Assembly: GCA_010093605.1 (NCBI GenBank)
Contig: MU004192.1
Coordinates: forward strand, 1,000,882 to 1,064,881
Origin: Lophium mytilinum
Taxonomy: Eukaryota
Direction: 5' to 3'
DNA length: 64,000 nt
Shown: positions 39,411 through 52,487 of the stretch, in pieces
Numbering within the stretch: the first letter of the stretch is position 1
Layout of the letters: each line of letters starts with the position of its first letter
Made by a program: the position numbers and the translations under genes
The notes under the pieces: model-generated
Told to the model about the DNA's origin: nothing
The model's database searches: none
The model's input: the letters and a program-made list of their open reading frames with translations, nothing else

Positions 39411-41072
39411 CTATGGCTTCGCGACGTTCACGATCATTTCTTGCTCGACGACCTCGGCCTCGGCGACCTTCTTGGCCATATCGGCACCCTCGACCTTGCC
39501 CTCGAGCTGGGAGTTTGTCAGAATTGTAAAAAGTGCGCGTCTTTCAGAATGAACTTACAGTCTCGACAATTATGCCAGTGATCTGGTACGGGTCGGCGTT
39601 GGAGGCCGGGCGACGGTCCTCGAAGTAGCCCTTCTTCTCCTCGGCGCACTGGCGGTTGACACGGACGGAAGCGCCGCGGTTGGCAACACCCCAGGTGAAC
39701 TTGTCGTACGAGGCAGTCTCGTGCTTGCCAGTCATACGGAGCTGGTTGTCCTCGCCGTAGACAGCCATGTGCTCGGCCTGTCGCTCAGCGAGCCTCTCCA
39801 TGGCAGCCTCGATGTACTTCATGCCGCCCTCGGCACGCATCTCCTTGGTGGAGACGTTGGTGTGGAGACCAGCACCGTTCCAGTCACCAGGGATTGGCTT
39901 GGGGGCGAAGGTAACCTTGGCACCGAACTCTTCGGCGACGCGGTGAAGGAAGAAACGGGACATCCACAATTGGTCACCAACTGCGGGAATATCAGTCAAA
40001 GTTCAATTGGAAACGTAATGAGCAACTTACGGTCAATGCCGGTGCAGGGGCCGACCTGGTACTCCCACTGGGCGGGCATGACCTCGGCGTTGGTGCCAGA
40101 GATGTTGATGCCGGCGTACAGGCAGGCCTTGTAATGGGCCTCGACGATGTCGCGGCAGAAGACCTTGCCGGTGCCGACACCGCAGTAGTATGGGCCTTGG
40201 GGAGCTGGGAAGCCGTTCTTGGGCCAGCCGTATGGCCAGCCGTAGAAGTCGAGCAGAGTGTACTCCTGTTCTAGACCAAACCAGAACTCGTGGGCCTTGT
40301 GGTGCTCCATGACAACGGCGGCATCGTGACGGAAGTTGTAGGCGTTGGGCTTGCCGTCCGACATCCAGGTTTCGCACATGACGAGCACATTGTCACCCAG
40401 ACGGAAGGGGTCCGGGTAGTAGGCGACGGGGCGAAGGTAGACATCCGAGTTGTCGCCTGGGGCCTGGCCGGTGGACGAGCCGTCGAAATTCCATTCCGGC
40501 AGATCCTTTAGGCCGGAAATCTTCTTGGGGAGGGTCTGATGTGCAATTGAAGATTAGCATCGCTCCGTGCACCGAAAATAGGAATTGGATGGCGGTATTT
40601 GTGGTGTTGCGGCGTCATGACCCCGCCATGCCCGCGTTGTGGCTTGACTTCGTCTGACCCGCCTTATCGGGCGAGATAAGCGGCCAAAAGAAAAGAGTCA
40701 GGAAGCTCAGCCATTGGCCTCCAACAACACCAACAGCATCTCCATGAGCTCACCGCGGGGCATGGTGGTCTGAGCAGACAGAGAGGGGCTGGATTGAGAA
40801 TTGAGAATTGAGGAATTGCTCACCTTGCACTTGGAGCGGAGGCCGTTGGAGCCGTCAATCCACACGTACTCGGCGATGACAGCACCCTTCTGGTCGAGCT
40901 TGAGGTACTTCTCGAGCTGCGGGACGGTCAGAGGGAACCCTAGGCAGGAATTGCAGCACCGCGGAGATACTCACATTCGCCGTGTTGGAGATGATGGTGG
41001 ATTCCGCCTGTGGTCGTATCAGTAGAGTCCTGGCAGCGGGAGAGCGTGAGCATGTGTCAGTAGACTCACCAT
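39411..41072 (-). CDS. GLN1: Glutamine synthetase (GSII)
   Basis: [53 protein letters not shown]; exons 41070-41072 (ATG only), 40975-41007, 40824-40916, 40031-40535, 39559-39980, 39411-39506. Confidence 0.98.
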
Positions 41073-44000
41073 TGTTGCTGAGTTCTGTTGGGGAGAAGTG
41101 CAGGTGTCTGGGTCTGCTATGCGGAGGAGGAGTACGGGTCTGAGGACGGGTCTGAGTACTGGAGGAGGACAGTTGCGAGGTGCAGTGGGGAAGAGTCGAA
41201 CAAGGGGACTTCGTGTTTAAGTAGTGGGCGTGAGGAAGGGTCTGTGTCTCGGCCAGTAGCGGGCCTGGTGAGGTTTAGAGTGGCCCTTGTTGGCCGGCGC
41301 ATCTCGAACCGTGGGATGAAGAAGCAAGACGCTTAATATGGCGGGTCGTCACCCCCATCGCACCCACTCACACCCGCTCTGCTGGAAGCCAGGGCTCGTC
41401 GTCGGCTCCATCGTCACCATGCTGTGCGTCCCGCTAGGCCTCCCCGAGCCCTCTTTGTTTGAAGCTGCCCCGCCTGCGATTGAGACACCTCAAACAAAGC
41501 CGTTGCGTGTTGCGTATACCGTTACCGTGTACCGTGCTCCCGCAAACCACCGGCTATCTGACTGACATTGGCACCAGCACTGCCACGCTGCTGTCCCGAC
41601 GGTATCCCTTGCCCCCCGAGCCCGATTCAGCCGGCTCGCTGAGCGCGTCTCACCGCCAGCAGCAATGCCCGTCTCGCTGCTCAGCAGCACCATCAGTCAC
41701 CGATTATCGTGCTGGAAATAAGAGGGCGAGGGCAGAGGCGACTCGACGTGCACCTGCATAAGGACGGGGGGCCCGCAGCGGGCTAGGGTAGCTCTTGGTA
41801 TCAAGCTAATCCCACCCTCAGGCCAAAGAAGCCCCTCCTGTGGCCCCGCCGTGCTCCCATCGGCCCAACTCTCCACACCCAATGCCCTCGCACTCACCAG
41901 TCCGCTGTTGACAGCGCCACGGTAACGCTGACCTCGGGACGCGATAAGGTACGCGACAGCAGCCGCCTCCTCTCGATGCAGATTCCCATACCAGCATTTG
42001 CCAGAGCCGCCATCCGCTCGCCAGGATAGCATTCACTGCTCCAGGCCCCTCGTCTACGATGCTCCTCAGCACTCGCTGGACCAGGTCCACACCCGTTGCT
42101 TTTCCCGGCGGCCTGGCAGCGCGCAGATTGCAAACTGGAACATACCCCGGGGGGCGCACAGCAGGCGATTCTATTTTGGCAGCCCGTCTAGAGCATCGAA
42201 TGCGGCAATTACGCCCATTCCCCACGATCTCCGCCGCAGAGATTTCCGCCACTGCACCAGCGCCCTTCTTTTGGCCATTTAACCCTCATGCCTCTCGCCT
42301 CCATTCGCCTGTCCTCTTCGCCGCCGCCCCACGCATTGGATAATGCTGTGAGGGCCGGATAGAAGGGCCACGGGCACACGCACACACACCTGCGCACGAG
42401 AAGACGTTGAGCGATGTCGGCTCACACGCGCACCGGCCGTCCCAGCCCTGTCGCCCGCCCCAACCCCGCTAAAATCGCCGGCAGCGCTAGGCCGGAGAGG
42501 GCCGCCGGCGACTCAACTTTGGGCTTTCTTATCGAGCCGCGCTGATTGGTCGTCGATTAACCATGCGCCGTACGTAACGCGGCCGGCGACGTTCGGGGTT
42601 GAGAACGGCAGTGACAGCGCTGTTGAGAGTGTCGCGAGGTGAGGGAAAGAGCAGTCTCAGCTGCTGGCGCTGACTGGAAAAGATGCTGCGCAAATTTGTG
42701 CGCAAGAGAACAAGCAATATGCGCTCGGATCGGTGCAGATGCGGCTAGGTATGTAAAAGGTTAGACGCCTGAGCTCACACGTCCCCCCAAGTGGGAGTGC
42801 ATCAAAGCAAGGCTGCCCGTGGGTGAAACACCATGCTAGCATGTGGGACTTGAGGCAGAGTATTCATCGGTAGGTCGTACTATTCGAGGCCTGACCACGC
42901 GAGTAGGCTAATGAGCTTCCTGTCCGATACTGCATTGACCAGACGACCTAAAAGGCTCATCTGCTGGCAACTGACGACATACCGGCCATACCGCATGTGG
43001 TCAAGGAGAGAAAGAGCGAGGTACCTGCATGAAAACACGAGGGAGCGGCGGGAGTCCCCACAGTGATCCAAGAGCCTTGGACAGCAGTCGGTCCAGTCTT
43101 GGACAGCAGTCGGCCCTGTACCGGGGGATCCGGATGCCCCAAGCGTCCGAGTCTGGCTCAGGGACAGGAGGACAGGCTGTCTACCGAGACTCCGGCAGAG
43201 CTGGAGCATGCACTGGGGTTGGTACCTGGGCGATCGATCAGACGGCGTTGTCATCATTAGTCCCACGTCGAGGCACGAACTTCGACCCTGAGGCCAATTG
43301 GATAGCGTCACTTCAAAATGACCTCCTCAATCCACTACAATCTCTTCTAAGAACGAAGGTGTGTCAAGATATGGCTAATGTTATGCAGGACCCACGCGAA
43401 CAAGCTCTTCAGTGTAAAGCAGTCAGTGAAGCCGTACTCCTCACCGCCTTGCCCCAGCAAGCCTCACGACCATAACCCCGTTCCCCTAACCCTGTAGACT
43501 GTGGGGGAAGCGCTCCCAAGCTCACCCCCGTCCATCTTGGGGAAAATCCGGGTCAAACAGCCCCGTGCTCACTATCACGTGACCAACCATCCGGCAGAAG
43601 TTTGCCATATCTCGACCGCCTGCACCGCAACCCCAAGTCCACCAGCCCTCTCTACTATCAAAAAAATGGCGCCATCAGCTTCGTGGCAATGTTTGCTACC
43701 ACGCATCGTATTTGCTGGCAGGCCCCAGCATTTTCCTCTTTCCGCCTCGTTTTCCAATACATCGCCCTGGTTTTCCTACCGTCGACGTGCTCGCGCTTCA
43801 TCACCCCCCCTCTGAGATCCGATCGCGCTAGCTAACAAGGTTGGCTGCAGCCGGCGGGACGGCTGGCCCACGTGTTGATGCTGATTTGGCCCTATCAGGC
43901 CGCGAGCGCCAGCGGGAGGCGTGGTCCTATTCGACAGCGCGGCTCGCGATGGTGGTTACGACGGCTTGGCGGAGGCAGGTAGGTAGGTCACCAGCGCGTC

Positions 44001-44461
44001 TGCCCGATCGTGGAACGCGAGGGCTTGCTGCCACCATACCACCACCCCGCCGGCAAACAGCCACGCGTCGCGGAGGTGGGTGGGCAGAAGTATCGCAGCG
44101 TGAAGCGGCGAGCTGGTGCTGTGCTGGCTACGGTGTAACGCGCAGACGTCTGATTCAAGGGCGTGGGCTGTTTGCACGCAACGCGCTGGACAGGCTTTAT
44201 AGCGGTGCGAAATGCCAAAGCCTAGGTTTCTTGCTTCCCTTGTTCGCGGAATCTCTTTCTAGCACCTACTGGCACTACCAAAGGGTGTCTTGGTTCCGAT
44301 TCAGTTTGTTGTTGTTGTGAGATTCTCTTTGATGGTGGTGGTGTCCACTACTTTGCGCTGCTCGGATATTGTCCGTCTACTTCTTCTTGACGGCTCTGGT
44401 GGCTCGTCGATAAGCAGAACCTGATTTACCTGTACTTACGAAACTGAGGAGCGAGAGAGCA

Positions 44462-44821
44462 ATGTGCCATACCGAACACGTCTACCACACGCCCTGCTCC
44501 CACTGGGGCCGCACGCGCTTCGTCGGCGACCCCTGCATCCGCTCGCGCGTTGTCAACGGCCGGCATACGGGCTGCTCGTATGTCGAGAGTCTGGGGACGT
44601 GCAATAGCAGCGAGTTGTGCCATGAGTGCCAGTACCGGGAGGCGCTTGGGGGTAGTTGGAGGCCGTTTGCGGGGATCAGCGATGGGGGGTGGAGGGAGAT
44701 TGAGGAGAAGGTGCGGAAGCGGAGTGTGGGGCTGGAGGGGTATCCGTATGATTGTCAGGGGAGGCGGGTGTGGTGGTTTGGAAGGAATATGAGGAGGTGG
44801 TGGGGGGAGAAGTTGAGGTGA
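44462..44821 (+). CDS. Small Cys/His-rich protein (putative Zn-binding), uncharacterised
   Basis: MCxxxxxxxxxCxH..C..C..C..CxxC pattern; GC3-rich codons like neighbouring genes. Confidence 0.55.
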   Translation: MCHTEHVYHTPCSHWGRTRFVGDPCIRSRVVNGRHTGCSYVESLGTCNSSELCHECQYREALGGSWRPFAGISDGGWREIEEKVRKRSVGLEGYPYDCQGRRVWWFGRNMRRWWGEKLR

Positions 44822-46844
44822 AGGGTTGGGTTGGGGATTTTGGGACTTGGTATCTTTATGGAGATGCTCGTCCTCATCCCTCGCTCTCGTTCGCCCGGAT
44901 TTCTTGCGCTCTCGGTCTAGAGCGTGATGGAGGAGGACGCTCGTGGCCCCCGTTGCTATTGCCCAGCTGGTGCTCCTCTGGCTGGGGGGCTGGCAGGCAA
45001 CAGAACGGCCCGAAATGCACGAATAGCTCGTCGTCCTCATCGATAAACGGTTCCGCACGACGACAAACCAAGCATTGGCCGAGGCCTCACCGACAGAAGT
45101 CCACGGAATCTCGATTGCATGAGAGCTGGGGACTTGATGAACTAAGAGACAATTGATGAACTGAGAGACAAGAAAGGTGTTGCCAGAGAGAAGGTAGAGC
45201 GAAGATCTGTTTACAGAGATGAAGCGAGTTAAGACTAGACTTAGATGCGATCTCGAAGACATAGGCAAAGGTGACGACGCATCTTGCGGAAAGACGTCCT
45301 GAAATTACCACAAAATTACCGTTCTTGAGTGCGGCATGAATTGCCGAACGTGATACCATACAGGTGCGTTGAGACTCTGAAGTGATGGTACAATACTAGG
45401 CTTTAGTCTGTACACCAACTTACAGTCCATCATTGGTGGTGTTCTCCATCTAAACACCACGTCCTCGATCTAGAATCGTGGAAGCTCTCTCGAATCTCAC
45501 CATCTATCAAGTTCACGTTCTCCAGAGTCCTGTCCGCTTGCATTGGAGGGTGCTGGCGATGTTAAATGCGTGGCTACAGAGTAACGATCTCGTATTGTAC
45601 GCCCCGAATGGAGACGCTCAAGTGCAACGTTCGCCCCCGGCTCTATGGCCATGTGGCATTCGAGGAAGTAGCGTTACTCTGCCACAGCTTTAGATTGCAC
45701 GCACGGCAATCTGTCCAGATGCTGTTCCCGTACATGCTGGACCTTCTCGCAGGAACACTGTAGTGCTGGAGATGTATCGGGAACGTGGTCTGTCGCATCA
45801 TCTGGCACGGCCCGTAACTAGCAACGGTGGCAGACTAGTGCCATCTGCCATGTGGTGTCGTTGGAACGGTTTCCGCAAGGTCAGGGTGATCCTGAACGAG
45901 GCGTATTGACTACGCAAATGACGTGCTGACAGAGGCTCTGTATCGTGTAGAAGCGTACGAGTGTTATCGTTTCGGTGGGACTGCGGTAACAGCACTCAGG
46001 GGCGAGCAACCTTCTCTGGTGTCGACGAGTCAAGCGACAGCACGACAACCACGGCGCGCAATCTCCTCGTGGTTTTCGTCGTTTAGGGCCACGAACGGCG
46101 GCGTGATGGATGCGGCTCTCGACATGAAGTCGTCGACATGCGCGGCAGACGCACGAGGGTGCAGCAGCCGCGGCGAGCACTGCTCCTCACAGGCTGTCGT
46201 CGCAAGAGAGAGGTTCGGTGGAGTCGCGCTGTGAAAGAGGCGTTCTCGCATCGAGTCAGGGTCCTGTAGTTCGCACTGCATCGTGGTTAGTGGCCGGCGC
46301 TGGCGTGAAGTCTACCCCAGGTCCTTCACCAACCAATCCTTAAATCCCCCCAAGATTCTGTGCAGATTCACCGCGCCGCCTTTCAAGAGGCTTCCGTCTC
46401 TCACATCCCGTGCCGTGCCTGACTTGCGTCAAGGGGGCCCGTTCCTCTGTGTGCCCTGCGCTGCTCACCGCGTGTCAATTTATCTGAGAAACCACCGAAG
46501 CGACCGAGCGATCTTCCCTAGGGTTGTCCTTCCACCGGCGTTCCAACGTCTCAGACAATTGCCGTCCCCTATCCAGTCTGATCCAACCTCAGACCTCGCC
46601 GCGCTTCTCTCGCCCGTCTGCCTTCTAGCAATTGCTCCTCCAGCATGCATAGCTAGCCGGGACTGTCGCCCTCCGCCTCGCCGTTTCTATCTTTCCGGAC
46701 TACGCCTCTCCGTCGCGGACCCTGTCAGACGAGGTCGCCGGCGATCCCTCACCTCCTCAACAACCTGTAGCACTGCTACCATTAAACTCTCCCATATTGC
46801 CGCGCCACGCCATCCGCTACCGACTATAGCAGCGCCCTCCAAGA

Positions 46845-49800
46845 ATGCATCGCCAGACTCGATCAGACACCGGCGAGCTCGGCTCCCCGCGGTCGAGCAG
46901 AGCGGCCAGCTTCAGCAGCGATAGACCCTCCCTCACCGGCTCCACGTCCTTCCAGATCCCTACCAATGTGCGCCCTGCGCCCGCATACATCGCTGCCTCG
47001 GTCGCCTCGCAGCTGGTCAGCGATCACCAGAATGCCAACCTGCGCGCAGAATTCGACTTGGAGGACGACTCCCCGTATCTGACGAACGCCCTGTTCTCCG
47101 AGGAGGCCCTCTGCTTGCTCAATGCCTTCCTGGACCACCTACTGTTCTCGTTCTTGGCCTCCGCGCGGTCGCCATCGCTCACTGCTATCCGGCCCGCTAT
47201 CTCCGATGTCCTTAAACCCAGACTTGCGCGCGAGGCTATGGCAACTGCCGATGAAGAGTTGCAAGGTCTTCTGGCTGGCGAAGATGATGACGAGTTCCCC
47301 GCGCTGCAGAATGGCCAGGATCCCTCCGAGAAATGGGACGTGGAGACTGTGTGGAAACGGACACGACTACGGATAATGGTTTACACCCGGCTTGGCGAGC
47401 TGGAAGACGAGGACGAGGAGCGCTATGTCCAGCAAGAGCGTGGACTCAGCCTCGATAATGGCAGCAATGAAGAATTGGGTCTGGTGTCGTGGGCCGCTGC
47501 GATCTTCTTGACCTCCGTCGTCGAGTACATTGCAGAGCAAACGCTCATGGTCTCTGGGCAAGCTGCATTCTCCAGGGTGACCGCCAAAATGAAGAAGGAT
47601 GAGGATGAAGGCCCGCTCGAGCGCATTGTTGTGGAAGACTACGACGTGGAGAAAGTTGCGCTGAATTCCACTCTCGGACGCCTTTGGAGGACTTGGAGAA
47701 AGCGAGTTAGGGCCCCGATAGTCCCACTTGGTTCCTCCGCTCGCCGAGGGTCATTCGGCCGCTCTGGCTCCAAGATCGTTCACCATGCCAGAGGAAATTC
47801 AGACGAGTTCAGCCAGGACCCTGAAAGGTCTCGGTCGTTGGGCGAAGTGCCTGAGCATGAAGTCACTGAAACGGACATCGCCGCCAACATACCACTTCCT
47901 ATAAACAACAATGATGTGGCAGAGATTGAGGTTCCCGGATTGGCTCGTCAATTCGACGATGAAGATAGTGGTACAGAAACGCCGACAGTAGCGACCTCGA
48001 AACGGCCCTCGAGTTTCATCTTGCTATCTTCCAGTACGACTGGAGGAGACGACGATGTTTTCGTCTCACGGTCAGGGAAAAGCAGGCCTTTCTCAATGCC
48101 GCCTCCTGAGAGGGGCGTCTTCACTTTCCCCGCTCCTTCGCTGTCAGATGATGCCTACGAAACCCCGATGGAGAGAATGTCAAGAGAGTCATACATGGAA
48201 ACATCGGACGATCACGAGAATGACGAGGATAATCCCAAATTTGCTGACGAGCACCATGGTGAACATGAGGTCTCGAAGCCTGGCATGCTTGCTGGAGCTA
48301 TCGCAGGCGCAGCAGCTATGGCAACAGCTGCGGTCGCTTCTGTCACTGGTACCAGGTCGCATGAAGAGGAAGACGATGCCGATATTCCTGCCCTAAGTGA
48401 TGCCGAGCCGGTGGTCATGCAGGGCAAGCGGATGTCCATCTCGCCTTCTGGTCCTCCAGGGGTCGTCCGAACCTTCTCTGTCCGCAGTAATCGATCGTCT
48501 GTAGCTACTCCCCTGGCTACGCCAATTGCCGAAACTCATAAGTCGTCCATAACACCTACCTCTGAGAGTGAAGAAGATGACCGCAACGCAATCGGTGTCG
48601 CGCGTACTTCCGACGTTCCCATTTCCTCAACTCCCGATCTGCAAAACGAGCCATTTGCCAACGGTACTTCAACCTCACCTGGAAGAGCAAGCGACTACAA
48701 GGAGCAGCCATCACGCCGCTTGTCGGTCTCGCCACCTGTGTCACGGAAGACGCCAAGTCCTACCGAGAGGGCGGCGTATGAAAAACCAGTTCAACAGAAG
48801 GCGCCCCCGCCTCGATCTGCGTCTACATCTTCTCGAAACCCTCCACTGGCTGCGCTACAGGAGGCTACCAATTGGGTTGACATACCAGATAAACCAGCTC
48901 AGAATGGCGCGACCGTTCGGTCACAAGAAAAGTCAGCTAAAAGACAATCAAATGACAGTTCTCGTGACGGTACTCGCTCAAGAAGCGGAACTACAGAAGG
49001 ATATCCGGCCGATCGAGCTACCTTAAAGCGTGTGTCATCTAGCTCTTCCAGATCACCATCTGTGACCACTTCAATACTTCACAGTGCCAAAGGATCGGAG
49101 TCTAGCCTGAGCCGTGCGCGAGGCTTAAGCCAGAGGCTATCTGAGGAAGACCGACAAAGAGAATTCGATTCGCTCGTCATGGGGGAAGAAACAGTGAAGT
49201 ACACCCTAACACCGCAAAGCATGCGCGATCTTGACGTAGGTGTCTTACTTCGCTGCATTCTAGAAAATTGAAGACTAATTCCAGCAGGAATCTCCTCTCA
49301 CGAAGACGGTCGAGGCGCCGAAGCCTCCCGCTAAGTCCCCGACTCAAGTCACCGTGTACCCGCGAGTTGATGCTGGACAATCATCAGCATTTGGCGCACC
49401 GGCCCGATCACCAGTCAAGGGAAAGAGCACCGTCAGCGTGGACAGGTACTATACGAATCAAAACTCGCGTCCAAGCTCGACCAGCACGTCAAGAAGCAAA
49501 ACCAGCCAGCTGGCCGCAAGGGAACCAAGGATCCAAACGGAATCAATGCGGGATTTCGCGGATTTCATCCGGTCTACTGGACCCCACGAATCAAGCTCGC
49601 GTTCATCGCAGCCTATTGTCGCACCCCAGGCATCAAGCTCCCCTATTAGTGGTCTAGGAAGGAAGATGTCCGGCCGAAGTGGCCCAGCAGTCCCTGCGAA
49701 ACATGAACGAGGTGACGGAGCCTCTTCTGTGCGATCGAAGATACACATGGAGCCTCGCAGTCCCGCTGGTCAAGGCAACGGGAATACGGACTTGATCGAC

Positions 49801-50691
49801 TTCATTCGTCAAGGGCCTCCCGCTGCGGCGGGCGGTGAGCATCGGATCCCTCGCACCGTTGCGCCATTCCGCTCTACTGTCGACTCGGACGAGTTTAGCA
49901 GAATGCTCAACGATCGGTCTCCGGACAACAGTCACGTCGATTCTTCGTTTGGCTCTCAGGTATCTAACACTTCCAAACAATCGACTCTTGCTTCCACAAA
50001 CTCGAGAACGGGACTTCTTGCAACTCCTAACGTCGTCCAGCCTGCCTATTCGGACACCCCTCAATTCCTGGCCGGCAGTCAAGCGAATCCGGAGCCCCAA
50101 GTTGTTCGCAAGCGTCGTCGCGTCAAGGACCCGTACGCCATCGACACTGATGACGAGGATGAGGATCTCCTTACCGCGCTTCCCAAATCAGGACGCCGGG
50201 AGGAAAGTCTGATCGATTTCCTACGCAACACCGAGCCACCTACGCAAAACGAACCCAAACCGATCATTCCCAGCAGCGCGATTGCGGCGGCCGCCGCCAA
50301 GAGCCGCCCGAATGGCTCCTCGCAGTCCTCTTCGAGCAGGAATGGCGCGACTCCAGCTTCAGCCGCAGGCTCGAGAGCTGCTCCGCCGATTACCTACCGC
50401 CCTGGCGCGGGCTCTGGTGCGGGCTTATCGACATCGAACAGCCCCGCCACGATGACAGGCGGAAGCGGCACCGGCTCGGTCCCTAGATCCAACAAGCCAC
50501 GCCTCCAAACCCGCGTTGCCACGGCCAGAGAAGCGACCACGGCTCGAAGGAGTGAAGTCAACGACCTCGCAGACTTCCTCCGCACGTCGGGGCCCCCGGA
50601 GCCCGTGAACCCGCCGCCCAGCGCAGCGGCGAAGAAAGAAGGCCGCCTCCCTGGTGCTCGCTTCTGGCGCAAGAAGACGTACGCTGAGTGA
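46845..50691 (+). CDS. Uncharacterised ~1270-aa protein with N-terminal tandem histone-fold-like region and repeated C-terminal motifs
   Basis: Two long ORFs joined by intron 49236-49287 (GTAGGT..ACTAAT..CAGCAG) in frame; see findings. Confidence 0.85.
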
Positions 50692-52487
50692 GAGGGGGTA
50701 GCGGGGATAGCATGAAAGAGAACATGTGTGCCGAAATGATAAACGTCGTGTGTGTGTGGTATGTGGAGGAAAGTGTCTTTTGTGTTCCTTTCTTCGCATT
50801 GGGAAATTGATGATTTCCATTTTCTTCCCACCTCTTTTTTGGCTTTGCTCCTTTTCCCCATGACGGACGATTTTTCTTCTGTGTTGCGTTTTATTTGCGT
50901 GTGTGCGTGTGTGATGGTGCGAATTTGCATCGCGGTACTGTGCTTGAGCTGGTGGTGTATACCCATCTTCCTCCCCCCTTCGTACTAATTACCTCTGCTT
51001 GAGCGGTATGCTGCTTCCCTTTTGCTAGTTTGGACTTCGCTTTCTTTGTCTTCTTTTTCTTTCGTCCGCGTTTATGACGTTTTTGATTCGAGATTCGATT
51101 CTGAACGACAACCCCCTTTTCTTGGCTGAGTGAGCTGCCAAAGCTTGTGGCTAGGCTGAGCTACTGTAGCTGCTGCTCTGGATGGATTGGAGATATGTTT
51201 TATGAAACTGGACACTTTGGGATTGGATTGAGAGGGTTGAGGAGGGGTTTTGGTGAGATGATGAGATTGTGGAGGTGTATAGCAGATGGGGAGGGTGCAT
51301 AGAGAAGATTGCACGGTGGAAAGTGATGTAGTAGAGGAAGAGGTAGATAGTGTATGTGAACGATGTTGGACTCGTCTTATTACTACTGGCGCTGTTAATG
51401 GTGAACGTGAAGTGTCAAGAGAATGCTACTTGGTGCGGTCTGAAGGCGACAGTGTTTTACCTGGCGGTGGGTGAGATGGTCCTTGAAACCGAATCGGACG
51501 TTGTGATTATTGGGCGCCTAATATTCACTCATATCGCGTGACAAAGATTACTCAGCTCGGAGGGGAGTATATATTCTTCGATCGAACATCTATAGTAGAC
51601 TCAGTACAACAAAGAATCATCTATGGACCGGCAAAATCGTTCGAAGACGACTGCTATGGTGTGAGTCCATCGGTGTCGTCGAAACAAAACCAGCAAGATA
51701 GTAATGTGATGTGGGGGTTTTTGGAGCGTCGGACTACTCTGCCCCTTCACTGATGAAGTCCATCCGCCTACACTCATGATACGCATCTTCAACGGCAGCA
51801 CTAATTAAATGCACTACGAAAAACAGGAAATGGATATAGGTGTTTATTGTAGAACATACCCAACTTTAAAAATTAGGGATGCTGTTCATCACCTCCTAAC
51901 GTTGATAGCACGCACTCCCATCCACCACAACCCTCCCCGTCCCACTCTCCATGGGTCTTTGTCTTGCGTGTTTTTGCAGCTCCAACTACCCATGATACAG
52001 AATGGTCGATTGTTTTTGAACCACCCCAACACTCCACCACTTCCTCCCACTGCCATTGCAGATTGTCACGAGCGATCTTGCAAGTCCCGACTTCCCCATC
52101 ACGAGTGATCCCGGGCAGGTTGTTTGACCAGAGCAGCACACTCCTCCCATGAATGGTGACTGGTTTGTGTTTGTGTTGAGAGACAAGCAACATCAGTTCT
52201 GCCCCCAAACGATTTGACCCGAGCCCGAATCCTCCGAATTCTCCGTGGATCGAAAGGTTTAGAAGCGTTGGAGAAGTTTATATACTACCAGCTTAGTAAG
52301 ACGCACGTGCTGGAGGGGATGATAACGTGACCGATGGATCAATCGTTGCGCGATAGCCGGTACCGCTAGGCGAAATGGTTGGCTTCCAGAGTATACAGAA
52401 GGTTCAAACCGATATACATTCATCTGATTCGAGATATAGAGGTGTACAAACCCACGAGCCCTATCTTACAGCTTACGCTTTATACAA

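Noticed and set aside
41070..41072. ATG-only first coding exon of glutamine synthetase
   Set aside because: Common architecture in highly expressed fungal genes.
43076..43113. Direct repeat CTTGGACAGCAGTCGG x2
   Set aside because: Only two copies; ordinary local duplication, not a CRISPR-like or regular array.
43484..43493. CCCTAACCCT telomere-like/template-like 10-mer
   Set aside because: Single short match in a promoter region with no tandem array or recognisable telomerase RNA core.
49282..49287. CAGCAG tandem acceptor
   Set aside because: Common NAGNAG feature changing one residue in a disordered region.
51000..52400. Assorted short ORFs between the histone-fold-like and Mgr3-like genes
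   Set aside because: No consistent frame, motif or splice structure; convergent 3' UTR/intergenic DNA.
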